From positions 9,669 through 73,668 of the forward strand of contig CAWJAN010000001.1 in the NCBI GenBank assembly GCA_963840885.1: a stretch of 64,000 bases of DNA, read 5' to 3'. A program made the translations under genes and the position numbers. Position 1 is the stretch's first letter; each line of letters begins with the position of its first letter. Source of the stretch: an uncultured bacterium (GTDB taxonomy: Bacteria; Patescibacteriota; Minisyncoccia; Phycocordibacterales; GWA1-40-21). A model generated the notes under the pieces. That model made no database searches. It was not told the origin of the DNA and saw only the letters and a list, made by a program, of their open reading frames with translations. Below, in pieces: positions 49,553 to 58,801 of this stretch.

Positions 49553-50413
49553 ATGATTAACAGCGGCGTAAAAATAGCATTTTTCGGAACATCGGAGTTC
49601 TCGGTCTTCTTTCTAGAAAAGCTCAAAAAGCTAGGCATATTGCCTGATATAGTGGTCACTTCGCCGGACAAGCCGCAAGGCAGGAAGATGATAATGACTC
49701 CGACTCCGGCTAAAATTTGGGCGGAAAATAATTCTATAGAATATGCGGAGCCAGAAAAGCTGAAGGATGAAAAGTTTTTAGAAAAAATAAGGGATTACAA
49801 TCTTTTCATTGTCGCTTCTTATGGAAAGATAATTCCAAAGACGCTTGTAGATATGCCTGAATATAAAATACTGAACATTCATCCTTCTCTTCTGCCAAAA
49901 TACCGCGGCCCTTCCCCACTTCAGGAACAGATATTGAATGATGAAAAGGATATGGGAGTTTCTATAATGCTTATTGATGAGCAAGTCGATCATGGGGCTA
50001 TCGTAGCTCAGGAAAAAATAGAAATCCCAGGCTGGCCGGTCGGTTTCCGAAAGCTCTCAGAAATTTTAGCTGAAGAAAGCGCAAAAATAATGGCAAGAAT
50101 ATTGCCTGAATGGATAAAGGGAAAAATAAAATCAAATGAGCAAAATGACAGTGAAGCCACTTTTACCAAGAAAGTGGAAAAAACCGACGGGCTCATAGAC
50201 TTATCTGGAAATCCTTACAAAAACTATCTGAAGATCCTGGCTTATGAAGAATGGCCTCAGGCTTATTTCGAAATTATCAAAGATGGCCAGAATAAGAAGG
50301 TAATAATAAAAAAAGCCGAATTTAAGGATGAAGAGCTTAAGATTCTCCGCGTTCTGCCGGAAGGCAAGAAAGAGATGGGTTACGAGGCGTTTTTGAGAGG
50401 CTTAAGAACTTAA
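49553..50413 (+). CDS. fmt: methionyl-tRNA formyltransferase
   Basis: KIAFFGTSEF..NIHPSLLPKYRGPSPLQEQIL..GVSIMLIDEQVDHG. Confidence 0.85.
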   Translation: MINSGVKIAFFGTSEFSVFFLEKLKKLGILPDIVVTSPDKPQGRKMIMTPTPAKIWAENNSIEYAEPEKLKDEKFLEKIRDYNLFIVASYGKIIPKTLVDMPEYKILNIHPSLLPKYRGPSPLQEQILNDEKDMGVSIMLIDEQVDHGAIVAQEKIEIPGWPVGFRKLSEILAEESAKIMARILPEWIKGKIKSNEQNDSEATFTKKVEKTDGLIDLSGNPYKNYLKILAYEEWPQAYFEIIKDGQNKKVIIKKAEFKDEELKILRVLPEGKKEMGYEAFLRGLRT

Positions 50414-50422
50414 GAAACTGAG

Positions 50423-50791
50423 TTATTCGTAAAATCTTTTTATCATCGCTTTTATCTGGGCTCCGCCTCTTTTCAATAATCCTTTTTTCCTTTTCTCGAA
50501 TCTTTTGAGCTCGGTTGCCATTTCATCGACAGCCAAATCTATAGCTGCGTATAAATCATCTTTTTCCACTTCGGCACGCAATGATTTTCCACCGATATGT
50601 ACCGTAAGTTCGGCGACAAAATAATCGCCTTTCTTATGATGCTGGCTTGTCTTACCGATTTCTACATAGCATATGGTTTCTTGCATATTGTCCGGATTGA
50701 TGAACTTGTCGAGATGCTGAATTTTCTTTTCCACATAATCCGCTATTGCCGGGGTAAGGAATATTTCTTTCGTCTTTATATTGTGTTTCAT
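50423..50791 (-). CDS. hpf: ribosome hibernation promoting factor (RaiA/HPF family)
   Basis: 122 aa; N-terminus MKHNIKTKEIFLTPAIADYVEKKIQHLDKFI is typical of HPF/YfiA. Confidence 0.7.
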   Translation of the reverse strand: MKHNIKTKEIFLTPAIADYVEKKIQHLDKFINPDNMQETICYVEIGKTSQHHKKGDYFVAELTVHIGGKSLRAEVEKDDLYAAIDLAVDEMATELKRFEKRKKGLLKRGGAQIKAMIKRFYE

Positions 50792-50792
50792 T

Positions 50793-51050
50793 TTATTTTT
50801 CTAAGCTGATAATTTTATTCGGCGAATGATGCCCTTTGATGATCTTTATCTTATTATAACCTTTAAAATGCTTCCTTAAAAGCTCGATGACCTTCTTATT
50901 CGCAAGTCCTTGTTCAGCCGGCTCCTTTATATGCATGTCGAAAGAATCGCCGGATTTCTTGTGCAACCATTCTCTTTTTTCTTCCGTATAAACTTTGATT
51001 TTAACGAACATATGGACTATTATATTTGAAATATGAAAAAAATACGACAA
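50793..51050 (-). CDS. DUF167/YggU-family protein
   Basis: FVKIKVYTEEKREWLHKKSGDSFDMHIKEPAEQGLANKKVIELLRKHF matches the DUF167 pattern; probable true start is the internal Met at 51011. Confidence 0.55.
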   Translation of the reverse strand: MSYFFHISNIIVHMFVKIKVYTEEKREWLHKKSGDSFDMHIKEPAEQGLANKKVIELLRKHFKGYNKIKIIKGHHSPNKIISLEK

Positions 51051-51566
51051 CTCACACGCTTAGATATTATTTTCGGAGCTTCTTTTCTTTTTTGGCTCAT
51101 ATCGGTAACTTATCCGTTCATTGACCCTGATTTCATAATGAATGGCTCCTGTATGAAATATTTAGGCTGCATAGACGGCTTTTTCGGCTTTGACGCTGTT
51201 CAGCATTTTCTGTTTGGTATAGCGCTTCTTTTTACTATTTTCTGGCTTTGCAAAAGATATCCTGAATATTCAATACTGCCTGAAGATAAGAACAAGAGAT
51301 GGAAGACCGCGCTTACATTAATCGCTTACGTCGTTTTCATAAGCGTTCTTTGGGAATTTTTGGAATGCGCACATGATTATTACAATGTTTCGCTCCTTCA
51401 TCAAGATTTTTTCAATTATACTTTGCATATAGACATCAATTATCTGGATCAGCCCACAAACCTCGATACCATGGGAGATCTTTTCTTTTCGGCAGTTGGA
51501 ACTATCGTAGCATTGTTTATTTATTTGGTTTCCAAACCGGAAAAGGAAATAAAAATTAAAAAATAA
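51033..51566 (+). CDS. hypothetical membrane protein
   Basis: 177 aa with four TM helices. Confidence 0.45.
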   Translation: MKKIRQLTRLDIIFGASFLFWLISVTYPFIDPDFIMNGSCMKYLGCIDGFFGFDAVQHFLFGIALLFTIFWLCKRYPEYSILPEDKNKRWKTALTLIAYVVFISVLWEFLECAHDYYNVSLLHQDFFNYTLHIDINYLDQPTNLDTMGDLFFSAVGTIVALFIYLVSKPEKEIKIKK

Positions 51567-51567
51567 A

Positions 51568-52053
51568 TCAGATTCTTTTATAAAGGCCGATAAGCTCTCC
51601 TTCAGCAATTATGTGTCCGTCCATGGCTTTTTCTATATTGGCTTTTGGCGAACCTGAAGGCAAATCGAGCATCTTATCTAAAGCATAAATCTTGAAAAAA
51701 TACCTATGCTCTCTGTCCGGTGGGCAAGGGCCTTTATAATCTGTTCCTCCTCTTGTGTTTGCGCCGGAAACTCCTTCAGGACTTTCGCCTTCTTTTATAA
51801 CTGCAGTATCAGGCGGAATATTGAACATTATCCAATGATCCCATACGTCTATGTTGTATGTTTTTTTCGCCGTTTCCGGTATATCAGGATCATCCATTAT
51901 CAAAACCAGGCTTTTTGTTTCCGCCGGAACACTTTCTATCAGGAGTTCCGGATTTATATTTTCCCCGTCGCAGGTAAATTTTGAATGAATTGATTTTCCA
52001 TTTTCAAATGACGGGCTTCTGAGCGTTATATGTGCAGTACCATCTTTTTCCAT
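51568..52053 (-). CDS. YbhB/YbcL-family PEBP (Raf kinase inhibitor-like) protein
   Basis: YKGPCPPDREHRYFFKIYALD signature. Confidence 0.8.
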   Translation of the reverse strand: MEKDGTAHITLRSPSFENGKSIHSKFTCDGENINPELLIESVPAETKSLVLIMDDPDIPETAKKTYNIDVWDHWIMFNIPPDTAVIKEGESPEGVSGANTRGGTDYKGPCPPDREHRYFFKIYALDKMLDLPSGSPKANIEKAMDGHIIAEGELIGLYKRI

Positions 52054-52142
52054 GATTTATTCATTATACCAAAAACCGAGACAAACGCTTCACTTTTTAT
52101 AAATCTTTTGCTAATATTCTTCTGTTCATTAATTTGAACATT

Positions 52143-52216
52143 ATTCCGCGGTAGCTCAGCTGGTAGAGCGGTCCCCTGTTAAGGGATTGGTCGTAGGTTC
52201 GAATCCTACCCGCGGA
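52143..52216 (+). tRNA. tRNA-Asn (anticodon GUU)
   Basis: UCCGCGGUAGCUCAGCUGGUAGAGCGGUCCCCUGUUAAGGGAUUGGUCGUAGGUUCGAAUCCUACCCGCGGAGCA; 7-bp acceptor stem, anticodon loop CUGUUAA. Confidence 0.8.
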
Positions 52217-52218
52217 GC

Positions 52219-52247
52219 AAAATTAAACCCCTTCATGGGGTTTTTAT
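52219..52247 (+). terminator. rho-independent terminator after tRNA-Asn
   Basis: AAACCCCTTCATGGGGTTTTTATTTT. Confidence 0.6.
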
Positions 52248-52371
52248 TTTGCTCCGCGAGCAAGCAGTTTTATCTGCTTGCGTGGTAGGATTCGAAGACC
52301 TTGAGTATATTTATGAGAATGTAATCATCCGAATAAATACGAAAGGTATACAGATTCTGTAAGAATCGAAA

Positions 52372-52392
52372 CTCCTACCCGCGGAGCAGTTG
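52372..52392 (+). repeat. direct repeat of the tRNA-Asn 3' end (att-like scar)
   Basis: TCGAAACTCCTACCCGCGGAGCA matches the tRNA 3' end TCGAATCCTACCCGCGGAGCA about 170 bp upstream; an inverted partial copy GGTAGGATTCGAA lies at 52285-52297. Confidence 0.55.
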
Positions 52393-52454
52393 ACTAATAA
52401 CTTTATTGTAGTAATTTTTATAGCGAAAGAACCTTATAAGAAAGGAGAAATGGT

Positions 52455-52652
52455 ATGTCCAGTAAAAGACACTTGCGCAGACGCTCTTGCGTGTCTAAGC
52501 AACGACACAAAGACCGGACGTCTGCCCTTACTCATATCAGAAGTTTGATGAAAGTGAGCAGACAGCATTATCATGCATATCCTTGCAAATTTTGTAACGG
52601 ATGGCATGTTGGTCGCCCTTTTTTAAAACAGCTGATAGGAAGTTTTAAATAA
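52455..52652 (+). CDS. small basic Cys/His-containing hypothetical protein
   Basis: 65 aa with ribosome-binding site AGGAGA; C..C..H..C pattern. Confidence 0.35.
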   Translation: MSSKRHLRRRSCVSKQRHKDRTSALTHIRSLMKVSRQHYHAYPCKFCNGWHVGRPFLKQLIGSFK

Positions 52653-52674
52653 ACCGGAAAGGCGGTGATGAGAA

Positions 52675-52917
52675 ATGATGCTGAAAAAATCAGTATTTTT
52701 TGGAACAATCTCGGGAATAGCCGGGGCTATCCAAATGGATAATTTGAAACCGGTAGCGGAACGGAAAGGCATGCAAAAAATTGCACATGAAGCCGGTCTC
52801 TTCATAAATCCAGGAGATCCTATTGCTAAAGCAATATCTTGGGCAAAGGGTTCCGATGCTCTTCACGTTATATCTATGGCAGAAGCGGCCTGGGAACATT
52901 ACCAAACTATGACGTAA
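52675..52917 (+). CDS. small hypothetical protein
   Basis: 80 aa ORF. Confidence 0.3.
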   Translation: MMLKKSVFFGTISGIAGAIQMDNLKPVAERKGMQKIAHEAGLFINPGDPIAKAISWAKGSDALHVISMAEAAWEHYQTMT

Positions 52918-53262
52918 GTTCCATTTGCCTAGCTTAGCTTAGCTTAAGCCCCCTCATTTTATTTGATGGGGGCTTTTTTATAAAAATGTAAACCTTTAAA
53001 TAAGAAAAGTTTAAGTAAAATTTAACCGCACTATGTTATAATTTACTTATGCAAAAAATAGCTACACGTGTGTTTATATGTTCATCAATCGCTTTTGGGG
53101 TTATAGGAATTTTACTCGTTTGGATCGGAGGACCTGATGGAAATAACCCTTCACTGCTGAACCAAACGCTGCATGAACTTCTACTTACGACTGTTTGTAT
53201 AATACTGCCTTCATTTGCACTTAGTATCGCTGCTAAATATCTGAAACCGTAAATTAAATTTA

Positions 53263-53514
53263 CTAACGATGCGGACAGCCGGCCCAGCAGCAAGGCCTGC
53301 GTTCCCCTTTAGAAAACTTATCAAGCATTATCTTCATCCTGCGGTCTCTCGTTTCGATTTTTTTAGCGGATTCAACCCAGCATATCCATTCATTGCGAGC
53401 GAGCGGCGTAATATCATTCCAAATTTCCAGACTCTTAGGTAAAGAAATCAGTAGTTTCCTCATATATGGCGGAATATTATGAACAACGCCGTTTGCCAGT
53501 GTCTTTTTTGTCAT
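53263..53514 (-). CDS. YdeI/OmdA-domain protein
   Basis: ITPLARNEWICWVESAKKIETRDRRMKIMLDKFSKGER matches the OmdA pattern. Confidence 0.55.
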   Translation of the reverse strand: MTKKTLANGVVHNIPPYMRKLLISLPKSLEIWNDITPLARNEWICWVESAKKIETRDRRMKIMLDKFSKGERRPCCWAGCPHR

Positions 53515-53597
53515 TTAATTATTTTTATCAAATTGTTCAGTTTATCTCCAATAATGATATAATACCCTTATTATAAATTATAAAAAATAAATAACAT

Positions 53598-54044
53598 ATG
53601 ACGATTATTTTACTAGGTATTCTTGGCGCCGTTATCAGCGCTGTAATAGGAACATTTTGGTATTCGATGAAAACCCCTATGGGGAAACTTCATTTGGAAT
53701 CGACAGGCTTTTATAAACTCACAAAAGACGAACAGGATAAAAAGATACAAGAAATGAAGCCTAAGATGTGGAAATATTACTTGTCACAGATGTTTCTTTC
53801 CTTTCTGACTTCCGGCTTTATCGCCTTCATTATGATAGAACAAAAGCCTTTAGGAATCGGCTCTGCTCCTATCTACGGTGAGGTTGTGGCGATCTGGCTT
53901 TGTTTCGTGATCCCTAATATCGGACAAAATCTGCTTTGGGGAAATTGCGATTTAAAATTGAGATGGAAGAAATTCTTCTCTGATTCGTTTTCAAATCTTC
54001 TGACACTTTTGGTAATCGTCCTTGTCTTTAGTTTTATAGTATAA
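53598..54044 (+). CDS. DUF1761-like membrane protein
   Basis: 148 aa with TM helices and a GTFWYS segment. Confidence 0.4.
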   Translation: MTIILLGILGAVISAVIGTFWYSMKTPMGKLHLESTGFYKLTKDEQDKKIQEMKPKMWKYYLSQMFLSFLTSGFIAFIMIEQKPLGIGSAPIYGEVVAIWLCFVIPNIGQNLLWGNCDLKLRWKKFFSDSFSNLLTLLVIVLVFSFIV

Positions 54045-54154
54045 ACTCCATATTTAATTTTTGGGTATAATATTGACAAAACAGTTAAACTGTTGATAAT
54101 TATATATTGAAGCGGTTCTTGCCGAATTAAATAAGACGAAGAAAAGGAACGAAT

Positions 54155-54502
54155 ATGAAAAAATTTCTTTTGATCGATGACAACCAGGCCTTTGTGGATC
54201 TCATCAAAAAAGCTTTTCTGAAGGATGGAAATGTCATGGCTTCTATGTGCCTTACGGTGAACGAAGCTTTGGAAGAGATTTCCAAACACTCACCGGACAT
54301 CATCTTTCTGGACCATAATCTGGAACAAGGAGGAGAAGGTCTTAAAATAGCCGACAAGGTTATGTCGACAAATAAAGAAGTTAAGATATATTCCACCACG
54401 AGCGATTTCAGTTCCGATCTTTTATCGGAATATGAGAAAAGAGGGATTGAACATGTCGTTAAGGATTTCGTAACGATTCGTTCGATTGTTTATGGAGATT
54501 AA
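54155..54502 (+). CDS. stand-alone response-regulator receiver (CheY-like) domain protein
   Basis: LLIDDNQAFVDL..PDIIFLDHNL receiver acidic pocket and phospho-acceptor Asp. Confidence 0.65.
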   Translation: MKKFLLIDDNQAFVDLIKKAFLKDGNVMASMCLTVNEALEEISKHSPDIIFLDHNLEQGGEGLKIADKVMSTNKEVKIYSTTSDFSSDLLSEYEKRGIEHVVKDFVTIRSIVYGD

Positions 54503-54517
54503 TAACTTCAATTCGTT

Positions 54518-54552
54518 TGCCTTATGAATCCCCCGGCGATTATTTGCCGGGG
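54518..54552 (+). terminator. rho-independent terminator
   Basis: CCCCCGGCGATTATTTGCCGGGGG followed by TTTTTTTT. Confidence 0.6.
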
Positions 54553-54571
54553 GATTTTTTTTATATTCTTT

Positions 54572-54916
54572 TTATTGGAACTTTTTAATAAAATACCCCA
54601 GGGTATTTCCAAACATATAAAATATAAAGGAGGAAAGAAGTATTATAAGCGCAGTATCATTCGGATCAACCGGCGTAAGATGCTGATTGAGGAAACCCAG
54701 CAATGAAGTAACAGGATAAAAAAATCCGATATCCACGGGCAGTAAAATTTTAGGTAAAAAATCTGGCAGAGTATCTTTTGTAGTAAATCCTACACAATAA
54801 TTTGAAGTCGTATGGTAGGTGCATTTAATATCGAGCGGAACTATAAAAAAATATAGCAGGAAATAAACCAGAAAAACTATACCATACAGCCAGCCTTTTC
54901 TAAAAAAATCAATCAT
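54572..54916 (-). CDS. small hypothetical membrane protein
   Basis: 114 aa, three TM helices. Confidence 0.35.
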   Translation of the reverse strand: MIDFFRKGWLYGIVFLVYFLLYFFIVPLDIKCTYHTTSNYCVGFTTKDTLPDFLPKILLPVDIGFFYPVTSLLGFLNQHLTPVDPNDTALIILLSSFIFYMFGNTLGYFIKKFQ

Positions 54917-55023
54917 AATTGCAGATATTATACAATTTATGCATATTTATAGCCATACATGATATATGTGACAAATTTTGTAATTGATTTGACCTAGCTT
55001 TTAATATTAATTATCATAGTGTC

Positions 55024-56136
55024 ATGTCTTTATTTAAAGAAAAAATACGAAAGGTCCTCAAAGAAGTCGATATCGAGATAAATGGCAAAAGGCCTTGGGA
55101 TATACAGGTTCATGATGAACGGCTTTATACGAGTGTCGTTTTGCGCGGATCAATCGGCCTAGGCGAAGCATATATGGACGGCTGGTGGGATGCCGAAAAG
55201 CTCGATGAATTTTTCCTCAGGATACTCCGCTCGAATATACAGCTTGAACAGAAAGCTCCGGGACAGGATATTTTTCATTTCCTTTCGAACCTCTTCAACA
55301 GGCAGACCGTGGAAAAATCTTTCGAAGTAGGAGAACGCCATTACGACATAGGCAATGATTTATATAAGGTCATGCTTGATAAGCGCATGACCTATACCTG
55401 CGGCTATTGGGAAGGAGCTAAGAATCTGGATGAGGCCCAGGAAAAGAAACTCGACCTCGTATGCAGGAAGCTTGGCCTGAAGCCTGGCCAAAAAATCCTA
55501 GACATAGGCTGCGGCTGGGGCAGTTTTGCAAAATTTGCCGCCGAGAAATACGGAGTCCATGTGACAGGCATTACCGTATCAAAAGAACAAGTGGCGCTAG
55601 GAAAAGAAATGTGCAAAGGCCTGCCCGTAGAGATTATCTTTTCAGATTATAGGAATATAGAAGGAAAATTCGATCACATAGTATCGCTCGGAATGTTCGA
55701 GCACGTTGGCCATAAAAATTACAAGACATTCATGAAAGTAGTGCATGAACACCTGAAAGATGATGGATTATTCCTGCTCCATACCATAGGAGGAAATTTC
55801 TCGGGTATCGATATTGATCCATGGTTCGATAAGTATATTTTTCCGAACGGTATTTTGCCAGAAATACAGCATATGGCCAATTCCATTAAACACCTTTTTG
55901 TCATGGAAGACTGGCATAATTTCGGCGCCTACTACGACCTGACTCTCATGGCCTGGTTTTCTAATTTCGAAAAAGCCTGGCCTGAGCTGTCAAAAAAATA
56001 CAGCAAGCGTTTCTTCCGGATGTGGAAATATTATCTTTTGTCTCTTGCAGGTGGTTTTCGTGCTCGTAATACACAGCTTTGGCAGATAGTTTTTTCTAAA
56101 AAAGGAATTATAGGCGGATATAAGTCAATAAGATAG
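55024..56136 (+). CDS. cfa: cyclopropane-fatty-acyl-phospholipid synthase
   Basis: ILDIGCGWGSFAKFAAEKYGVHVTGITVSKEQ SAM-binding motif in a full-length CFA-synthase layout. Confidence 0.85.
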   Translation: MSLFKEKIRKVLKEVDIEINGKRPWDIQVHDERLYTSVVLRGSIGLGEAYMDGWWDAEKLDEFFLRILRSNIQLEQKAPGQDIFHFLSNLFNRQTVEKSFEVGERHYDIGNDLYKVMLDKRMTYTCGYWEGAKNLDEAQEKKLDLVCRKLGLKPGQKILDIGCGWGSFAKFAAEKYGVHVTGITVSKEQVALGKEMCKGLPVEIIFSDYRNIEGKFDHIVSLGMFEHVGHKNYKTFMKVVHEHLKDDGLFLLHTIGGNFSGIDIDPWFDKYIFPNGILPEIQHMANSIKHLFVMEDWHNFGAYYDLTLMAWFSNFEKAWPELSKKYSKRFFRMWKYYLLSLAGGFRARNTQLWQIVFSKKGIIGGYKSIR

Positions 56137-56202
56137 CTGGCATCCTCAGGCTGATTTGTGATAAAATAATGATAATTAATAATTTAAATATAGTAAAAAA
56201 TT

Positions 56203-56484
56203 ATGCTTTCAAAAATACCTGTGGATTTTGACAAAGTTAACATAGAAGATAAGGATAAGGAAATATTAAGGCTTGGAATAATAGCTGAGCTAGATGCCAT
56301 AAATCTTTATGAGCAATTGGCCGCTACCACCAAAAATGAAAACCTTAAAAGGGTTATCCAGGACATAGCAAAGGAGGAAAAAACCCATATGGGCGAGTTT
56401 CAGGCGCTTTTGCTTAAGCTGGATAAGGATCAAGTCAGTGAACTTGAAGCTGGTAAAAAGGAAGTCGAAGAAAAAATAGGCTAA
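56203..56484 (+). CDS. small ferritin-like (rubrerythrin-like) domain protein
   Basis: IAELDAINLYEQLA and IAKEEKTHMGEFQALL E-x-x-H ferritin-like half-motifs. Confidence 0.45.
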   Translation: MLSKIPVDFDKVNIEDKDKEILRLGIIAELDAINLYEQLAATTKNENLKRVIQDIAKEEKTHMGEFQALLLKLDKDQVSELEAGKKEVEEKIG

Positions 56485-57155
56485 TCCTCGAATAATACTT
56501 TTTCTTTCCTGTTTTTCATCAGAAGATAAATAAAGAATACGAAGCTTACTGCCGCTGCAAAGAAACACCAGACTGAAACGAAGTCTACTATGAAATAAAT
56601 GTGTGCAAATATTGCGAGTACTGCAAACAAAACACCGAACCATTTGAAGGATTCGAAGCTCGAAGTGAAAAGCGGACCGAATACGGCGATCATATAGAGG
56701 GTGGTCAATGCTCCTCCATATGAATAATTAAAATTATAATTTATACATAAATTGATCTTTTGTATGGATAAAGATGAAGCTAGTGGCGCTCCTAGAGAAT
56801 ACAGCGCCACTGCAGCCCCTAAAAATATGAACCACCGCAATATATCCCTTCTTTTTTTATCTATCATGTATACAAAAAACGGAACATATATGGGCCAAAG
56901 TATGAAGGCAAAAAAGAGATACGCGTAGCCGGCAAATATTGAAGTTGAGCCGGAATTCAAGTATAGCCACTGAATTCCTTCAATCCCCTGCTGAACACCG
57001 AAAAGAAGCGGCACGGCGGCAAGGAATTTATCTTCTTTCTTGGCTACGGCAAAAGATGCTCCGCTAAGCAATATCAATCCTCCGCTCGACACAAAACTTG
57101 CAGGTGCAGAAAAACACATGGGCATATTATAACAGGTATTTGTTTTTTTATTCAA
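56481..57155 (-). CDS. hypothetical polytopic membrane protein
   Basis: 224 aa, six or more TM helices. Confidence 0.45.
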   Translation of the reverse strand: MNKKTNTCYNMPMCFSAPASFVSSGGLILLSGASFAVAKKEDKFLAAVPLLFGVQQGIEGIQWLYLNSGSTSIFAGYAYLFFAFILWPIYVPFFVYMIDKKRRDILRWFIFLGAAVALYSLGAPLASSLSIQKINLCINYNFNYSYGGALTTLYMIAVFGPLFTSSFESFKWFGVLFAVLAIFAHIYFIVDFVSVWCFFAAAVSFVFFIYLLMKNRKEKVLFED

Positions 57156-57181
57156 TCAAGCAGTGATATAATAAAAAACCC

Positions 57182-57829
57182 ATGAGACCAAAATTTGCTG
57201 GACTTTTCATACTGATAATAATTCTTTCCTGTTTTGCCACAGGAATAATCATTTATCCTAATTTGCCAGTCATAATGATTTCACATTGGAATGCCGCTGG
57301 AAATGCAAATGCGTTCATAGGAAAATTTTGGGGCGTATTCCTTATCCCGGCATTAATGCTTGTGCTTTCTGGCTTATGGCTTATTCTGCCTATAATAGAT
57401 CCGCTAGTTCCCGGTTATAAGGATTTCAAATATTCTTACGATTTCTTATTTTTTATTTTGATTTCTTTCTTCGCTTATGCATATTCGCTTATGCTTGGAG
57501 CAAACCTCGGCTGGCAAATAAATATGATCAAAGACATCACTCCGGCGGTGGCTGCGCTCTTTTTTACCATAGGTGCTTTGCTTCCTAAAATAAAGCGCAA
57601 TTGGTTTGTAGGAATACGCACTCCATGGACAATATCAAGCGATATGGTTTGGGAGAAAACAAACTCGCTTGGAAGCATTCTGTTTGAAATTTCCGCAATT
57701 ATCAGCCTTATGGGAACATTCATAAACGGAAAGGCATATATATGGCTTGTAATCGCGCCCATGCTTATTTCAGCGCTTGTTTGTGTAATCTATTCATATA
57801 TTATTTTCCACCGCATAGGCAATAGATAG
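57182..57829 (+). CDS. SdpI/YhfL-family membrane protein
   Basis: RNWFVGIRTPWTISSDMVWEKTN signature of the SdpI/YhfL family plus TM helices. Confidence 0.6.
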   Translation: MRPKFAGLFILIIILSCFATGIIIYPNLPVIMISHWNAAGNANAFIGKFWGVFLIPALMLVLSGLWLILPIIDPLVPGYKDFKYSYDFLFFILISFFAYAYSLMLGANLGWQINMIKDITPAVAALFFTIGALLPKIKRNWFVGIRTPWTISSDMVWEKTNSLGSILFEISAIISLMGTFINGKAYIWLVIAPMLISALVCVIYSYIIFHRIGNR

Positions 57830-57905
57830 TTGACAATGTATATCTATTAGTGGTAAAATGTTAACGAATCGTACAATACGTAAGAAATAAGAAAGGAGTC
57901 CGGCA

Positions 57906-58151
57906 ATGAAATGCTATGAAGCAAATTGTAACGGCGAAGTAAATGCCGATCTCCAAGTTGAAATCGGCAACGGCAAAAAAAGCATAGTAAATGTATGCAG
58001 TAAATGCGGAAGGCTGTACAGGATGAATAATAATCCTGTGTTCAGCAGTAAAGGAAACAAAGCGTTTTACATTAATGGCCGCTTCGCAGTTATTGACAAA
58101 AATACGGGAGAAAAAGTTCATATTGATTCTTCCGAAAACAATGCCGACTAG
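57906..58151 (+). CDS. small Cys-containing hypothetical protein
   Basis: 81 aa with ribosome-binding site GGAG; C..C...C..C pattern. Confidence 0.35.
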   Translation: MKCYEANCNGEVNADLQVEIGNGKKSIVNVCSKCGRLYRMNNNPVFSSKGNKAFYINGRFAVIDKNTGEKVHIDSSENNAD

Positions 58152-58235
58152 GCCCGTCATCATGCACGATGACGGGTTCTTTATTTTTAAATAGATGCTA
58201 TAATGATACGGCTTTATCAATCATAAAATATAAAT

Positions 58236-58364
58236 ATGGCAAAAAGAGGAACGTCATTGAAGATAAAAAGGGCATATTCCAAATACTCTCACAAGACGAA
58301 GAAAAGATTGGCCGCCAAGAAAGTGATGCTGGCCAAGAAAATGGCTAAGAAGAAAAAATGGTAA
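58236..58364 (+). CDS. unannotated 42-aa highly basic small protein
   Basis: MAKRGTSLKIKRAYSKYSHKTKKRLAAKKVMLAKKMAKKKKW; not in the ORF track because it is under 60 aa; a strong terminator follows directly. Confidence 0.3.
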   Translation: MAKRGTSLKIKRAYSKYSHKTKKRLAAKKVMLAKKMAKKKKW

Positions 58365-58369
58365 TATAA

Positions 58370-58397
58370 AAACCCGCAAAACGCGGGTTTTTTGTTT
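58370..58397 (+). terminator. rho-independent terminator
   Basis: AAAACCCGCAAAACGCGGGTTTTTTGTTT. Confidence 0.6.
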
Positions 58398-58423
58398 AAA
58401 ATAAAAATGATATAATTGCCATT

Positions 58424-58801
58424 ATGAAAAATGATGCTGATAAAAAGTTTTCCGTAAAAAGAAGGATTGGGAGCTTCTCTCATGCGGGAAGAGGTGTATG
58501 CATACATTTCAAGGAAACGCATAACTCATGGATAGAAGGCCTTATATTCCTATGCGTAGTTTATCTTGGCTGGTATTCCAATATTACAGAAACGGAATGG
58601 CTGTTCATAATACTTGCAAGCAGCATGGTTTTTGTATCTGAAGCTTTTAATACCGCAATAGAAATGCATATGGACCTTACCTCGCCTGAATTCAATCCGT
58701 GCGCCAAAGATACGAAAGACATAGCGGCTGGCGCCGTTTTGATTTCTGCAATAGCAGCTTTGATAGTCGGGCTTATAATATTTGTCCCTAAGATATTCTA
58801 G
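58424..58801 (+). CDS. dgkA: diacylglycerol/undecaprenol kinase family protein
   Basis: EAFNTAIEMHMDLTSPEFNP..AKDTKDIAAGAVLISAI matches the prokaryotic DAGK family. Confidence 0.7.
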   Translation: MKNDADKKFSVKRRIGSFSHAGRGVCIHFKETHNSWIEGLIFLCVVYLGWYSNITETEWLFIILASSMVFVSEAFNTAIEMHMDLTSPEFNPCAKDTKDIAAGAVLISAIAALIVGLIIFVPKIF

